A stretch of 64,000 nucleotides of DNA from a bacterium (GCA_040752695.1 JBFMGO010000017.1:5048-69047), one strand, 5' to 3'. Shown: positions 24,401 to 29,735, counted from the stretch's first letter. Notes: generated by a model from the letters alone, not told the origin. Numbers and translations are program-made.

Positions 24401-27092
24401 CTTTGAATATGATAACCACAATAACAGAGTTAAGGCGATTGATCCGTATGGGAAATCTACAGTTATTAATTACAACACGGATAATTTACCTACGCGGATA
24501 ATTGATAAGGAAGGGAAAGAGTCCCGCTCTGAATATGACAATGAGGGAAGACTCATCAAATCCATCGATGGTGCCGGCAATCAGATTGTTTACCATTACG
24601 ACCAGAGTAACCAGACGTATGTACCGTCGGATGTGCCAGTACAGATAGATTATCCGACCTACACCCGCAAGTTCTATTATGACAGGCTTCAGCAGTTGGT
24701 TCGTGCAGTGGATGTTCTGGATGATAGTACCAGCCATTCCATGAGCTATGCCTATGACTCAACGGGAAATGTTACTTCTAAAACCGACGAGGAAGGGAAC
24801 GCAAGCCGCTATGAATATGACGCACTTGACCGGATAGTAAAAGTGACAGATTCTCTTGGCGGGATTACCGAGTACACCTACGACGATCGCGGCAACCTGA
24901 TTACGTTGAAAGATCCTGAGAACAGGATTACCCGGTATGTATATAATAAGAATAACCGTCTGGTCAAAGAAATCAGGCCGATGAACGAGGAAACGGTTTG
25001 CGAATACGATGCTGCCGGAAACCGGACCGCGATCATGGATGCCAAGGGACAGAAAATTTCTCATGAATACGATGAACTGAGCCGGTTGGCAAGAACCAGG
25101 TACTTTGCTGCCGGAGACCATACGACTCCCGTCAAGACGGTTAGTTTCAGTTACAACAAGCAGGGCAGTATTACTGCTTATAATGACGGGACTACTTCAG
25201 CCACCTATACCTATGATGATTTGCAGCGAAGGACCGGTGAGACTGTTAACTACGGACCGTTTAGTCTGAGCTATACCTATACTTATTATGCCAATGATCT
25301 GAAAAAATCCTTCACCGGCCCCGATGGTGTTCCTGTTACCTATACCTACGACAGCAATAACCGTCTGAGCAGTATCAGCATTCCGGGACAAGGGCAGATC
25401 GATTACAGCACCTACCAGTGGAACGACCCCGTTAAAATCACACTGCCTGGAGGAAGCACGAATGAGTATACCTATGATCCGATCAGGAGCCTAAAATCCA
25501 TTACCGTGAAAGACCCCGGTCAAAATGCGGTTATGGCCTACCAGTATGAGTATTCACCGGGAGGGGATGTTACTGCGAAAAATACTGAGCATGGTAAATA
25601 CACCTACCAGTTTGACGCGCTGTACCGCTTGACTGGGGCGGTGAATCCTCTGGGCACAAATGAAAGTTATACCTACGACGCGATTGGTAACCGGCTGACT
25701 GCCGCAGGAGTATCAGGAACCTGGAATTACAATGCCAATAGTGAACTCCTTGACTATGGGAGCACCTCATACCAGTATGATGATAATGGAAACGCGATTC
25801 AAAAGAATGTGGGAGGTCAGATACTCAACTATACCTACAGCGTTAGCGATCGGTTGCTGAGAGTGGAGAATGGAGCAGGTACAGCCATAGCGGAATATTA
25901 CTACGATCCTTTTGGCCGAAGGCTATGGAAAGATGTCAGAGGAGTAAAGACTTATTTCTTCTACTCTGAGGAAGGGTTTATCGGTGAGTATGACGCGAGC
26001 GGAAACGAGATCAGATCCTATGGCTATGAACCTCATTCTCTGTGGTCAACAAATCCACTCTTCCAGAAGACCGGGGGAACATACTACTGGTACCAGAACG
26101 ATCATCTCGGAACCCCGCAAAAGATTACTAATAGCAGTGGAAGAGTAGTCTGGTCAGCGATATATGATTCATTCGGCAATTGTCAGATTCAAGTGGCTGA
26201 GATTGAGAATAATCTTCGTCTACCTGGCCAGTATTATGATGCTGAGACGGGTCTTTACTATAACTGGAACCGGTACTACGATCCTGTGACCGGAAGATAT
26301 TTGAATACAGACCCGCTTAGGGACAGCGGTACCTCGAACCTCTATTCCTATGCCAGCGGCAATCCTATTGGCAATATTGATCCATATGGTTTGTGTACGC
26401 TTGTAGATCCTACGTATCCAGCGAGAAAAGCAGCCAATACAATTATAAATCTTGGCAGAACATTCTGGGCTTACTATAAACTGTTTAGGAATGAGATGGG
26501 GAATAACCCCATTATGGCACTCCTTAATGCTACTAACTTTACTTTGGGTAAAATTATTGGTTATACTACATTGCTCGAGGGTTATTTTGGTGTTGACTCG
26601 CTAACCCTTACTGAGTTGTCCCCTGAGGATAGGTTAATAAGAACTGTTGGAGGAGCCATTCAGACGGTAAGTTCTGTTGTGGCAATTGCCGAGACGGTAC
26701 ATACAGTAAGGGGGGCAATTGCGCCTGAAAATAAAATTGTCCCGAAGAATGGCGTTACTTCAAAGGGAGGCCCGCGTTTTCCGGAAGACCCGGATAAGCT
26801 ATTTCCTGAAAATTATCCTGGAATGACAAAAACTGTGAAACCAGATGGTAAAATTATTTATGAAGTTGAAGCTGGCGGGAAAAAATATTTTGTTGAATAT
26901 CATCCTCCTCATGGAGGCACGGAACATTATCCAGGCGCCCATTATCATGTAAAGAAACTCTCTGATTTTCCACCACCTGGTAAAACGAAACCTGTATCAT
27001 TTAGGCTACCCAATTTAGACCCTAGCACACCAGCGACACCAGGCGGAGGAACTTTTGCGCCTGGAGATTTTCTCCCCACATCAAATAACTAA
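3459..27092 (+). CDS. Giant (7877 aa) secreted modular protein: Ig-like/FN3/PKD/HYR/beta-helix stalk, YD/RHS repeats, RHS core and C-terminal toxin domain
   Basis: Signal peptide MCKKFNSWLFIFVIFLLLPCVTHA. Many FN3 repeats (DLAGYKVYYG...YYxVVTAYDxxGNES), five SbsA/Big_5-like domains, PKD (YAWDFGD), HYR-like repeats, GGGI beta-helix, YD repeats. RHS core YQNDHLGTP...LRLPGQYYDAETGLYYNWNRYYDPVTGRY...NPIGNIDPYGL (26379-26393). Confidence 0.95.
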   Translation: MCKKFNSWLFIFVIFLLLPCVTHASPLTLYDTKGYPYDIEDGGYLINGYSDAYDGYYYLYVNDTGYTGTRSTVEDDGREAVCDPQSIAGLDVSRKVFVPETENWARYLEILSNPTESEICVTVRIGGNLGSDSSTLIILTSDGDSTFENTDTWLVTDDSSDGGGDPSLAHIFEGTDALESVDTVFAANNNDRPYYQWDQVCIPPGQTRIFMHFAVQQTDRSRAVDEANSIKPPSPEVTLSGLSDLEKVCIVNWSLGPRVISTIPAPDADNVPPNSHIFAYFSKDLNPSTVNNSTFLVSGSTSGNVSGSTHYYQKTRMAEFTPSADFSMGEIITVHLTSQIEDTDYLRLPSGYQWVFTAGSASDTTPPSPILDLVASDDGNGGIHLTWTPGGASDLAYYKVYRNTSAINDVTGLTPVGISLQSNYIDMSATLGVTYFYAVTAVDRSGNEDLSVSGYGPISVSNTVPPNPPTDVSIALVDESSLTLSWSPNSEPDLAGYKVYYGLETGTYSNFFDVGNTTTYTLHGLRAGVTYYFVVVAYDTAGNESAYSEERWEIPLLNYRITDDENTSDQPTVGIDSNGNLHIAWVDDRDGNYEIYYKMMTAKRDILIDDTRLTFDPDDSRRPSLGIDSQGKVYIAWHDRRGDTGPEIYFMKVDPSLDDEDGDSADPAVIKVISDTALTPDDGVKSSCPVVAVDSADTIHVVWTEDQDGDRILYTKLDSGGTRLIDAIVIFSGGDFWRSNPVIGTDANRNVHIAWNDNSATSDYEIYYKMLDAAGSTLIEATQITSDDGSSSKRQSLAVDSQGKVILVWHDKRGSDAQIYFTKLDPHNDDQNGDAADAGAIKIIPDKRLTGDDRKSNTPTVAIDRSDNCHIVWYENWESGDHGDLHYMVVDNEGNIIKPDIPLTRGQTAATSTDWTLGSIGINKTDGHAHILWCDNRDGNYEIYYSSFPPLAPKASFIYPGDGTQDVPPNTSLLISFSTEMNASTFNGSTITVRGSVSGLHTGTFTYEPSVKRLKIDPDADFTPGEQITVVLSTDIRNLQGAGLASEYTWSFTTGTQADTIPPSRVTGLTAQAIAENGSVTLAWDNNGEPDVYLYKIYRDTSPISDVTGLEPIAEHYTNSYHDFSAAVGQNYYYAVTAVDVYGNGDKSITGCGPVTPANNPPLPPARINVQPAPAGNVVDISWAANPETDLAGYRLYYGFSSGQYEQPIDIGNQTAYQFTATLCPPYYFAFTAYDTSGNESTLSPEIIFSGSWGSGDSGDYKLATSEMPNSGVAFHWIDITASGISTDITGNDSSGEVSIGFDFKFYENRYSTVRVSSNGYLTFGGYGTEHSNSGIPSVNQPDNLIAPFWDDLSPSGGKIYFETRGAAPNRRFIVEWYNVCFNGDTSTRVTFEAILYEGSNQIEFQYLNVEANSGARGSGATIGIENGDGTKGRQFSCNTSSLTNRLAIRFTKPHFVSSTYPERNAVSIAQNTNINVKLSEKIDKNTITDTSITLTGSISGPVTSAFRFADTLYTLIIDPGIGFAAGETITVVLSGNIATLSGRQLGCDYRWTFTAGDTNDTTPPAPPEGVIAQTATAVNRAVISWTANTEPDVVGYKVYYGYSSGQYEQSIDVGNQTSYQLIAATCPPYYIVVTAYDAAGFESATSGEIEIVESAIIEDFESGSLAAWNRSSGTISGAYAHDGTRGITDPEWIYRIDNAATIQHGDTISAWFRPGSSSSGRFYFGFGADSTGCYSFVMAMNTGQIIFQDNSAYGYINLNSVPQSWTSGKWYRAEVRWETDGITTGYLYDSDGTTLLNSLSQHLSGRTSGGVAIRSFGGISIDTIQRGWGPANNKIRNTIPPRDSSGVPFNTGIAVLFHEAMDLNSFNSSSITVEGSASGLHSGNAAYLQPLAGFVFNPDTPFTPGETVIVTIAGSIATAAGSSLGCDYRWTFTVGDTSDDTPPLSITGLTAQDAPDDTGGKINVSWAASSAQDLAYYKVYRDTSPITDVSQLTPIAFVGTGRFTDTAAVNETEYHYAVTAVDTCGNEGTAVSGFGPVASRDNIPPAVPGGLNVFLSGDRTLDISWQAAADADLAGYKIYYGTTAQYGQMIDAGTQTSYQLSGLQGNTTYYIVVTAYDTSGNESTYSAQVSALSEAMKDILLVIDDRYGEGSSTYSSESFFKAALNANGYLYNTWNTRAQNNSPSSAYLSRFPLVIWSTGDNRSSTLSSAEEQSLQEYLDQGGFLFLSSQFLLYTRGVSYFVQNYLHVSSYQSSQNYTRITGVTSDPVSDGLDANLTFPGSRSYSNPFTADSLPSLIFTNEYGSGMGLRYTGNYRIVYLAFPFEAIRDTDPAPNNQSSVMARIVNWLAAPSIISSKPSDGSADLPANINIAVTFSEKVLPETVNSSTFVVSGSMQGAIAGGITYYPDIKTAVFDPASDFSQGETVTVTLTTGIQDLASVGLLADYSFSFTAAAASDETPPSAIQNLTAVDTPNDTGGSISLTWDPSPDSDLAYYKIYRDTAAFSDISSLSPLSTSNSPSFIDETAIDGTDYYYAVTAVDTSGNEDSAVTPAAGPVQSRDNIPPAIPSGFAGTVVNETSVSLTWTANTDPDLAYYRVYRSTVPRSGESVHTSGDLDNTYSYSSLFRRAYVWAYSGDNDTLSVQVDGYNPSTGSWVSLYYGTGGTRTVIDQTYSAPLYSRIRVRVNDTENNDTIYYRYSFSTEEDQNTQTLNADITSYQIDGLDPCTTYYFSITALDTTGNESDFSPEIFLSTISPGAPQPPADLTTVPGRNTVDLTWQANAECDVVEYKVYRSLTQGEDYTLIASVQAPAATYMDTGLADGTTFYYVVTAKDSEDNESSYSSEISATTTNRPPQAVIGGPYSGQEGSVLTLSGSGSSDPDPEDSLTYAWDLDNDGEFDDADTVNPTFIWPDNGSYTISLQVSDGSLTDIDTTTVTIVNIAPIVTIGPDITIDEGESVSFTSSVTDPGTLDTFTYAWDFGDSTASDLPNPTHVFTSFGTCTVILTCHDDDGGQGQDSLVVTVRDTTPPVPDHDPLAPITGHCPGQPVPAPTATDNSAGSVTGTTTDPVMYDEEGTYTITWTYSDSYGNTATQIQTVTVEDTEAPIPDLPQLSAIQGQCSVEVSTAPSATDHCVGQVQGSTTDPLQYSEQGTYTITWTYDDGRGHTATQTQAVFVEDTEAPVPDVAQLPAVQGECSVEITEAPSATDLCSGPVAAVTGDPLQYAGQGTYTITWTYDDGRGNQSTQDQTAVVSDTIVPVLTCPENMAITCPPEEYAVFNPDFGTATVTDLCDLDVQVRNDAPAYFLKGITTVTWTATDDAGNQSTCTQTVTVDRPAFQFEVGPSGSGHPFTTIQSAIDMAVIGDVIVVHQGTYTENIHFGGKNITIRSTDPANPAVVAATVIDGGQAGSVVTFNQGEGNTAALTGFTLTNGRASYGGGISCLSSSPTISYCIITGNTTTGDGYGGGICLRQSASPVIKNCTIAGNLADSSGGGISCLSSAPTIVNCTITGNQAKNSSGGGIYASSSSPVIINCTVAANTAHGQGGGMACLGSSSATVKNCIFWSNSGQAISVATGCTAAVTYSDIQGGFSGEGNIDTDPGFFAPETGNYYLMPDSRCIDAGTDNGAPSVDKDGNPRPVGLGYDMGAYENSDNRVIIREGEYTTAVQIHLSLYSQGAVQMIISDNPSFLHAAWEVYAPAKVFTLSAGDGQKTIYVRFRSASGQESDVVSDTVTLDSTPPSITFVTPAEGESVKKVIPVSIAVSDSLSGTAQVEIYLDGVKVPEFTAAQDSYTWEWDTREYADGAHIFEVTACDTLNNCDSRQISVQVNYEPASAPIITSPAGGAVTDQTTTTVLGSADPLCSIEIFVNGTSSASCPSNSQGAFTCSGVPLGENSNLITAKASDSHGTGPESAPIQVIRDTVSLFPHVSIDQADQTANREITLTLSCDQATSMMLSEFSSFSGAQWQPYQPAASWTLSAGDGQKTLYAKFKKDYGFESPAASDTIILNTIPPAKPAVTLSSLTCDSAVVGWANYPAPNDLAEFRIYRQTGGEGFTSVDGLTPAAVAAKTARSYQLGSLALDTSYYIAVVAVDIAGNMILEATPLTIYIDSIPPQVRIRKIGPGAEPDSALVSWQGYNTESLCQFSGFKLYHREAPFTSVSGLTPVASLDASAREALVEGLDLSTDHYFAVAGFNTANEMNQEVVSVSWSSSSIPEWHVYPGGSIQTTVAAAANGESVVVHPGIYEEYINFSGKALTLRSLQPGDPDVVAATIIDGRQAGNVITFDHGEKCSAVVNGITIRNGKPYGIWLNSASPLIRNCQIMGTGGYGIYSQNSVSSIENNTISNNNTYGIYCTGSASPTIFRNTIHHNIQGGIHYTGSAPIVILYNSIHNNSMGIYSNGTGEMLVNRNNLFDNSDYFICNGSAADVNAQWNWWGQTVTVEIEIGDNPRNISKIYDKYDNGSKGRVDYAHWLYEPMDPDPALLSLPPLAVTGHEPAGEQTALVNTVQVTFNQEIIPATFTAHDILISGPSGVVPVASGPVRVEGNTYGITFASQGKIGTYHVHIGPYVANKEAQFMDQDLDGQDAELNHDVYDAGFSIDVDILPPEDVTNLAVQCFEDRLVFTWDHSADTAGDLAGYKVYFDGATEGTPVSAGQNSYEATGLTPATAYSIRVTALDHEGNESSGLSMQQAITLLNNPAQVAVSPYTSGTVRLTWNAVEPAQYLKHYAVYVSTGEFSGTEGMTPRLKVTQTSANIAGLTNNVTYYFAVASVNLSGGERHEVSSLASATPLPDTQGPEISAVSFDGTALASGMLIHNSGTFTVNAADLAGMSRVEFSFDGSLFWTDSSSPYTCPWELASVTDGDHTLNITAYDTLGNSTSIGYNLVVDLNPPPAPTLAKPSPGTITNSRSIVVAGTAQKYTEILLFLNDAETGSPVPVDTSGNFSLTLSLTEGENRIQALARNRGGDSLKSAQVIVTLDTTLPQSPTNLSAQAKAGGIIKLSWRNAGDTTAKGYYVYRAAAPFTLKSEATQLNSGLITATTFENTPPVDGTYYYRVSVVDTANNESDLSDYASAVSDRNPPRATSIHYSPKGHFDPATGRMAPGQVDVLLTVSEPLLMTPYLSIAPEGGTPVSVELIQDSDLVYTGFFVISGTTPTGVAYAIFSGRDLVGNRGTEIGTGGSIQIDTSGPAISKISIQPPQPVRNDESSPISITVTIGLDEAVKSGDLPELSFMLSGAGRQPVAIAPLTKVSVSGLAEGWQAAFQLPPDAGLAEVETLQFIYRASDDLNNVSTKILCDNSFQIYQGELPPLEVPGNLTAQALSGGKIKLSWSEVPKAIGYQLYRRAPEEGSLSEYARLETVLEFIDETTLDGRYRYAIASIRGENGQESLSQMSAVVEATSDATASGAPRNLSLQLVGAGIKAVWEAPADTEQVTYSLYRSSLPEITSVEGLTPLIKKIPGTIVIDPHPSLTEHSYVVTAVDSVGNESAPSNSFYLNFQLLPVPSLQIVQSEHNSPIVSWTAPGGSITGYNLYLGPEGAKVKMNQNLLTGLVYIDTGYAEDTRRYTVTAVDASGQESIGRSLTLPLLRAALREGESVRRGVMNRLEYLVENLSSTTVDSIRLKAQFDTYDHTSEPFSLAAGSSQVVPVIVGGYSDLSDIVPLTTTIEVTPNEGERVRIVRSGEIKVSDGMLVLGIENEEFVRGGSGRVRFTLENTSETEIEIVTATNSGTAASNEIKFYLLDPDRNILSVAAYKQNLGANIVTLANSKTVARIPGGAVFTSEPVEIAVPSSSPDEIDIFIDIASIHYHQGRPDQVSMDGLSSTYRISLVDTSYYGEVITVTPEVSNGNQDIVITGRAVERSTLQSLPGVPLNLTVSVKGFDRNYQILTDEAGAFTFAFSPLAGESGRYQVRVTHPDLRDRPVQKQFVINRIAITPATINLNIPRNFTQNVSIQVNAGDGTSVDNLRLVYHELNQPGGLLPLGVHLTVGSALAAVGSNQSASLGFSIWADNQAERTGKIVLKVMSGDEGTAGTEWGTVVINTNFTEARPALYFTPDHIETGVVLDGSVSESITLENKGLADLKSVRLALITQDGAAAPAWVRLNSDPEQGDLAIGAKRKISLSFSPSSSVAEGIYTFYLRVTSANYATRDIGLYVSVTQSGQGNVLFKVTDIYTGTVNKSGSVVQGLAGASIKVQNEKVLSVERTATTDSLGEVYFTDLPAGAYKCRVTASNHQEYIGRFWIKPAITVNQEVFLEYNLVTVEWKVTETTIQDKYEIVLTATYETNVPAPVVVAEPASVSLPDMKAGDVYYGEYTLTNYGLIRANNLQFIAPASDQLVRFELMGGLPTSLAAKERITVPYRVTCLQSFKPEAEASGGGGTGGGGGCHLKCVKTTYDYECSNGKKGSSSTTHCWLYGDCGGFGGGGGGFGGGGASGTWNIGGGGSGGSYSGPAPSFGSINGVVCWPTAMRTEPLFDINLSILADKLLGMLKDFIKDLIIDVGCTVNTFLREFEDGATDLSVKVPGGTIDIQRKFYGNEWHWEHLRNNLRFISDPLGNSIESIDKGGVIYERWAGYTIGCIPVYTSGSYRITQLISGSGYYYRWEDKLGDWKEFNRQGLMTSYGTRTGVVGKLIYEEIDDHGRSIADPEFKGKLIGVADRNNVQVIWFEYNADGSILAVRDNNSHRVEYSYTSKRLTRVRDMINQETTYGYDGSGRITRKVDTAGRETLVAYDNYGNVSKVVDAQGNGHFFQYDFNEAKKEQYTQVKTSSGQIKEIWFDRDGMVKRVDVNGRTIKKIVKDGRNLIITDEKGNITRKEFDEWENLTKVIYPDGSTASDVYEHKFSQVTRSTDPKGIITEYTYDTKGNLTRKVDAAGTPSERVTTYAYDQDGQIITATIEGDANTESATSNMTYDSNGNLASVTDAMGNVVEFLDYDNMGNFHRMRDPRGYIWHYNYDGMGRLKSITDPLNNTTAFEYDGANNQTAVINASLKRFGFEYDNHNNRVKAIDPYGKSTVINYNTDNLPTRIIDKEGKESRSEYDNEGRLIKSIDGAGNQIVYHYDQSNQTYVPSDVPVQIDYPTYTRKFYYDRLQQLVRAVDVLDDSTSHSMSYAYDSTGNVTSKTDEEGNASRYEYDALDRIVKVTDSLGGITEYTYDDRGNLITLKDPENRITRYVYNKNNRLVKEIRPMNEETVCEYDAAGNRTAIMDAKGQKISHEYDELSRLARTRYFAAGDHTTPVKTVSFSYNKQGSITAYNDGTTSATYTYDDLQRRTGETVNYGPFSLSYTYTYYANDLKKSFTGPDGVPVTYTYDSNNRLSSISIPGQGQIDYSTYQWNDPVKITLPGGSTNEYTYDPIRSLKSITVKDPGQNAVMAYQYEYSPGGDVTAKNTEHGKYTYQFDALYRLTGAVNPLGTNESYTYDAIGNRLTAAGVSGTWNYNANSELLDYGSTSYQYDDNGNAIQKNVGGQILNYTYSVSDRLLRVENGAGTAIAEYYYDPFGRRLWKDVRGVKTYFFYSEEGFIGEYDASGNEIRSYGYEPHSLWSTNPLFQKTGGTYYWYQNDHLGTPQKITNSSGRVVWSAIYDSFGNCQIQVAEIENNLRLPGQYYDAETGLYYNWNRYYDPVTGRYLNTDPLRDSGTSNLYSYASGNPIGNIDPYGLCTLVDPTYPARKAANTIINLGRTFWAYYKLFRNEMGNNPIMALLNATNFTLGKIIGYTTLLEGYFGVDSLTLTELSPEDRLIRTVGGAIQTVSSVVAIAETVHTVRGAIAPENKIVPKNGVTSKGGPRFPEDPDKLFPENYPGMTKTVKPDGKIIYEVEAGGKKYFVEYHPPHGGTEHYPGAHYHVKKLSDFPPPGKTKPVSFRLPNLDPSTPATPGGGTFAPGDFLPTSNN

Positions 27093-27106
27093 AGGTGAAT
27101 TTGACT

Positions 27107-27622
27107 ATGAATATTGTAGTCTCTATTGGAGAGATAGATGAAGAAGGTCATTTTAGAAATCCACGGTGGTTTGCCCTTTTGAAATGGCTTAGAGATAGTT
27201 GCAATAATTTAAGGATATATACAAAATGGTACCGGTACCAATTAGGATCTACTTTATCAAAGGGGTGGAGTATTGAAGAAGAACCATTTCCCGATCAGAG
27301 TGCTGATATGCGAGGATTCCGATTGTGGCTGGAAGGAAAAAAAGCGTGGGATGATATTGTTAACCTTTTATTTGATATAGATAATGGGATCTCCCATATT
27401 TATTTTTTAGACGGAAATCACTATATTGGGGAATTAGAAGTAGAAGATGGTGAGAATTTCATAGTGTTACATGTAACACAGTCTCAAGAAATAGTTTTGT
27501 TAAATGAGATTCCTGATTTACGTAAAAATGTTGAAGTGTGTCGAATTTGGCATAGTCATATCGACGGACTAATGGATAATGCAGTATGGAAACCTTTAGG
27601 TGGCGCAGAAATACGTGAATAA
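27107..27622 (+). CDS. Putative cognate immunity protein of the RHS toxin
   Basis: Small AT-rich ORF starting 15 bp after the RHS stop, with an AAGGTG RBS. Position is typical for immunity genes; no family recognised. Confidence 0.7.
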   Translation: MNIVVSIGEIDEEGHFRNPRWFALLKWLRDSCNNLRIYTKWYRYQLGSTLSKGWSIEEEPFPDQSADMRGFRLWLEGKKAWDDIVNLLFDIDNGISHIYFLDGNHYIGELEVEDGENFIVLHVTQSQEIVLLNEIPDLRKNVEVCRIWHSHIDGLMDNAVWKPLGGAEIRE

Positions 27623-27654
27623 TTCCTGTCCTACCTCAAGGTAAGGAATACATT

Positions 27655-27927
27655 ATGAAAACTGAAGAGATAAAATTTGATATTCCGGAAGATATCCTTG
27701 CCTCTCTTAAAAGTGGCATAGAGGATCTAAAGCAGGACATACGGTCGATAGTGGCCATAACCTATTATAGAGAGAAAAAATTATCGCTTGGTAAAGCTGC
27801 TCAGTTGGCAGGGATGAACAGACTCGATTTTATGGACTTACTAGCTGAAAAGAGAATTACTATTTTCGATTTGGATGAGAGTGCTGCAAAAGTTGAGATT
27901 GAAAGTGCCAGAAATATCATAAGATGA
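27655..27927 (+). CDS. UPF0175-family antitoxin-like protein
   Basis: AITYYREKKLSLGKAAQLAGMNRLDFMDLL helix-turn-helix signature; paired with the downstream PIN gene. Confidence 0.88.
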   Translation: MKTEEIKFDIPEDILASLKSGIEDLKQDIRSIVAITYYREKKLSLGKAAQLAGMNRLDFMDLLAEKRITIFDLDESAAKVEIESARNIIR

Positions 27928-27941
27928 TGATAAGGTGAACC

Positions 27942-28427
27942 ATGATTATTGTGAGTAATTCTACGCCGATCATCGCCTTTTCCAGAATCAATCAAATGGA
28001 GCTTCTCCAGGTAATCGTTGGAAAGCTTTTAATTCCTGCAGAAGTAGCCAATGAATTATCAGAATATGGAAAAGGAAAGAACAAGAGCTTAGACCTTAAT
28101 CAACATAAATGGATTACGGTGCAGGAAATCCAGGATAAGTCCAAAATGAGGCTGCTTCTCCCCTCTTTAGATAGGGGAGAAGCAGAAGTAATTGAGCTGG
28201 CGATTGAAACAAAGACAGATTTAGTTTTAATTGATGAGTTGACCGGCAGGAAAGTCGCAGAGTCACTTGATTTGAATATTATTGGCTCGGCGGGAATTTT
28301 GATAAAGGCAAAAGATCTAGGAAAAATACAAGCAGTTAAACCTTACATGGATGAGATGGTTGATAAAGGGATAAGGTATAGCGAGCGATTTTATAAGAGC
28401 TTATTACACCAGATAGGAGAATTGTGA
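27942..28427 (+). CDS. DUF3368-type PIN-domain toxin
   Basis: MIIVSNSTPII, LDRGEAEVIELA, LVLIDELTGRKVA, GSAGILIKAK. Confidence 0.88.
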   Translation: MIIVSNSTPIIAFSRINQMELLQVIVGKLLIPAEVANELSEYGKGKNKSLDLNQHKWITVQEIQDKSKMRLLLPSLDRGEAEVIELAIETKTDLVLIDELTGRKVAESLDLNIIGSAGILIKAKDLGKIQAVKPYMDEMVDKGIRYSERFYKSLLHQIGEL

Positions 28428-28455
28428 GTCAGAAGAAGGAGGTGTCATGTCTGGA

Positions 28456-28642
28456 GTGCGCCAGGCGAAGCTTGCGCTGTCCAATTGGTTGAGAAGCCAA
28501 CCTGGTAAAGTTTAACCAACAGCCAGAACCGAGTTTTGCGCCTATGCAGGTAACTGTATAGGTGAAGCGTAAACAAAGGAGGCAGTAGGCCGTAATCCTA
28601 TGAGGGTGAAGGCGGGTCAGCTCCGAAAACTGACAAACGTTG
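28456..28642 (+). mobile_element. Group II intron 5' fragment (domain I), copy 1
   Basis: Begins GTGCG. GNRA-capped hairpins TTGGTT-GAGA-AGCCAA and GCCTATGCAG-GTAA-CTGTATAGGT, and a GAAGCGTA motif. Roughly 90% identical by eye to 30451-30637. No RT ORF and no DV/DVI. Confidence 0.8.
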
Positions 28643-28740
28643 AGAAGGCGAAGTAGGTGTCAGAGCTTGATTTGATATATATGGAAAAGGTGATAAAGTG
28701 TGTAGGATTTAGGATTAGGAATAGGATGGGAAGTTGAAAG

Positions 28741-28972
28741 ATGCCAGTTGTCATTCAGAGATGGCAAGGCACGGATAAGAAGATCCCAAAACACATAAAT
28801 AAATTGATAAAGGATATTCAAAGAAACAAGTATGAAAGTGTTGGAAAACCGGAAACCGCTAAAACATAATTTATTGGATTACTGGTCGCGTCGAATTATC
28901 AGTGAACACAGGCTGGTTTACAAAAATGGAAACGACCGGATAATGATAGCTCAGTTGAGATATCGTTATTAG
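28741..28972 (+). pseudogene. yoeB: Txe/YoeB-family toxin pseudogene
   Basis: WQGTDKK...INKLIKDIQRN...GKPE, frameshift near 28853, then PLKHNL..YWSRRIISEHRLVY...IAQLRYRY*. N-terminus missing; no YefM partner. Confidence 0.85.
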
Positions 28973-29010
28973 AAAAAGTATAATAGTAAAAAATGGAGAT
29001 GGTGAGGTGA

Positions 29011-29325
29011 ATGGCATTTTTTAAAGACTTCCGTAATAGGCATATCCGATTAACACATGAAAGACAGAATCATTTGGAAACTGATCATCCAGAAATGTTT
29101 GGGCAGATTGACAAGATAGAGCATACCTTGACGAATCCTGATATAGTTGTCAGGTCAAAAACAGATCCTGACGTTGAATTATTTTATCGACATTATCCTG
29201 CCACACCTGTTACTGAAAAGTATCTATGTGTGGTAGTTAAAGTATTAGCTGGTGACATGTTTATCATTACGGCCTATTTTACAGACACGATCAAAAAAGG
29301 CGAGATATTATGGGTAAAGAAGTAA
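29011..29325 (+). CDS. Putative toxin (DUF4258/BECR-like nuclease fold) paired with DUF2283
   Basis: IRLTHERQNHL..HPEM...TLTNPD...KYLCVVVK...FIITAYFTD; overlaps the downstream DUF2283 gene. Confidence 0.7.
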   Translation: MAFFKDFRNRHIRLTHERQNHLETDHPEMFGQIDKIEHTLTNPDIVVRSKTDPDVELFYRHYPATPVTEKYLCVVVKVLAGDMFIITAYFTDTIKKGEILWVKK

Positions 29326-29525
29326 AAATATGGTACGACAAAGAAGGAGATTACCTTGAAGTTATCTTTGAGCAAAAAGCCGGATACTTCAAGGAGACGG
29401 AAAATGACGCAATAATGGAAAAAGTAGATAATGAGGGAAACATTATTGGTTTTTCCATTCTCAAAGTGAGTGCCTTGAAAGAGGAAAAACCTTTTTCAAT
29501 CAGTCTTAAAAGCCATGCTGCGTAA
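29310..29525 (+). CDS. DUF2283-family antitoxin-like protein
   Basis: VKIWYDKEGDYLEV...VDNEGNIIGFSIL. Confidence 0.85.
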   Translation: MGKEVKIWYDKEGDYLEVIFEQKAGYFKETENDAIMEKVDNEGNIIGFSILKVSALKEEKPFSISLKSHAA

Positions 29526-29663
29526 GATTAGGGATGGGTTTACATTTGGTTAGGTTTACATTTGGTTATATATAAAAATTGGTTATGTACAAAAACGAGA
29601 AGATGTGGTGCCAACAATTCCTACGTTTTTTGGAGTGTGTAAAGTAAGTAAGGTAAAGTAAGT

Positions 29664-29709
29664 AAAGTAAGCCAATAGTTAGAAGCGAGTTTTGCGTAAT
29701 ACAGGTAAC
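29664..29709 (+). mobile_element. Degenerate internal fragment of the same group II intron (copy 3)
   Basis: AAAGTAAGCCAATAGTTAGAAGCGAGTTTTGCGTAATACAGGTAAC aligns with AAAGTTTAACCAACAGCCAGAACCGAGTTTTGCACCTATACAGGTAAC of copy 2. Confidence 0.6.
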
Positions 29710-29735
29710 CGCGCGGAGGTAAAGAGGTAAAACGG

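Noticed and set aside
3710-25770. Numerous 60-210 aa antisense or out-of-frame ORFs within the giant gene (likewise within other long genes)
   Set aside because: Expected shadows of long coding frames; no recognisable motifs.
28456-28642. Riboswitch, tRNA or type III TA antitoxin RNA
   Set aside because: The GTGCG start, GNRA hairpins and EBS1-IBS1 match fit group II intron domain I better; no cloverleaf or short tandem RNA repeats.
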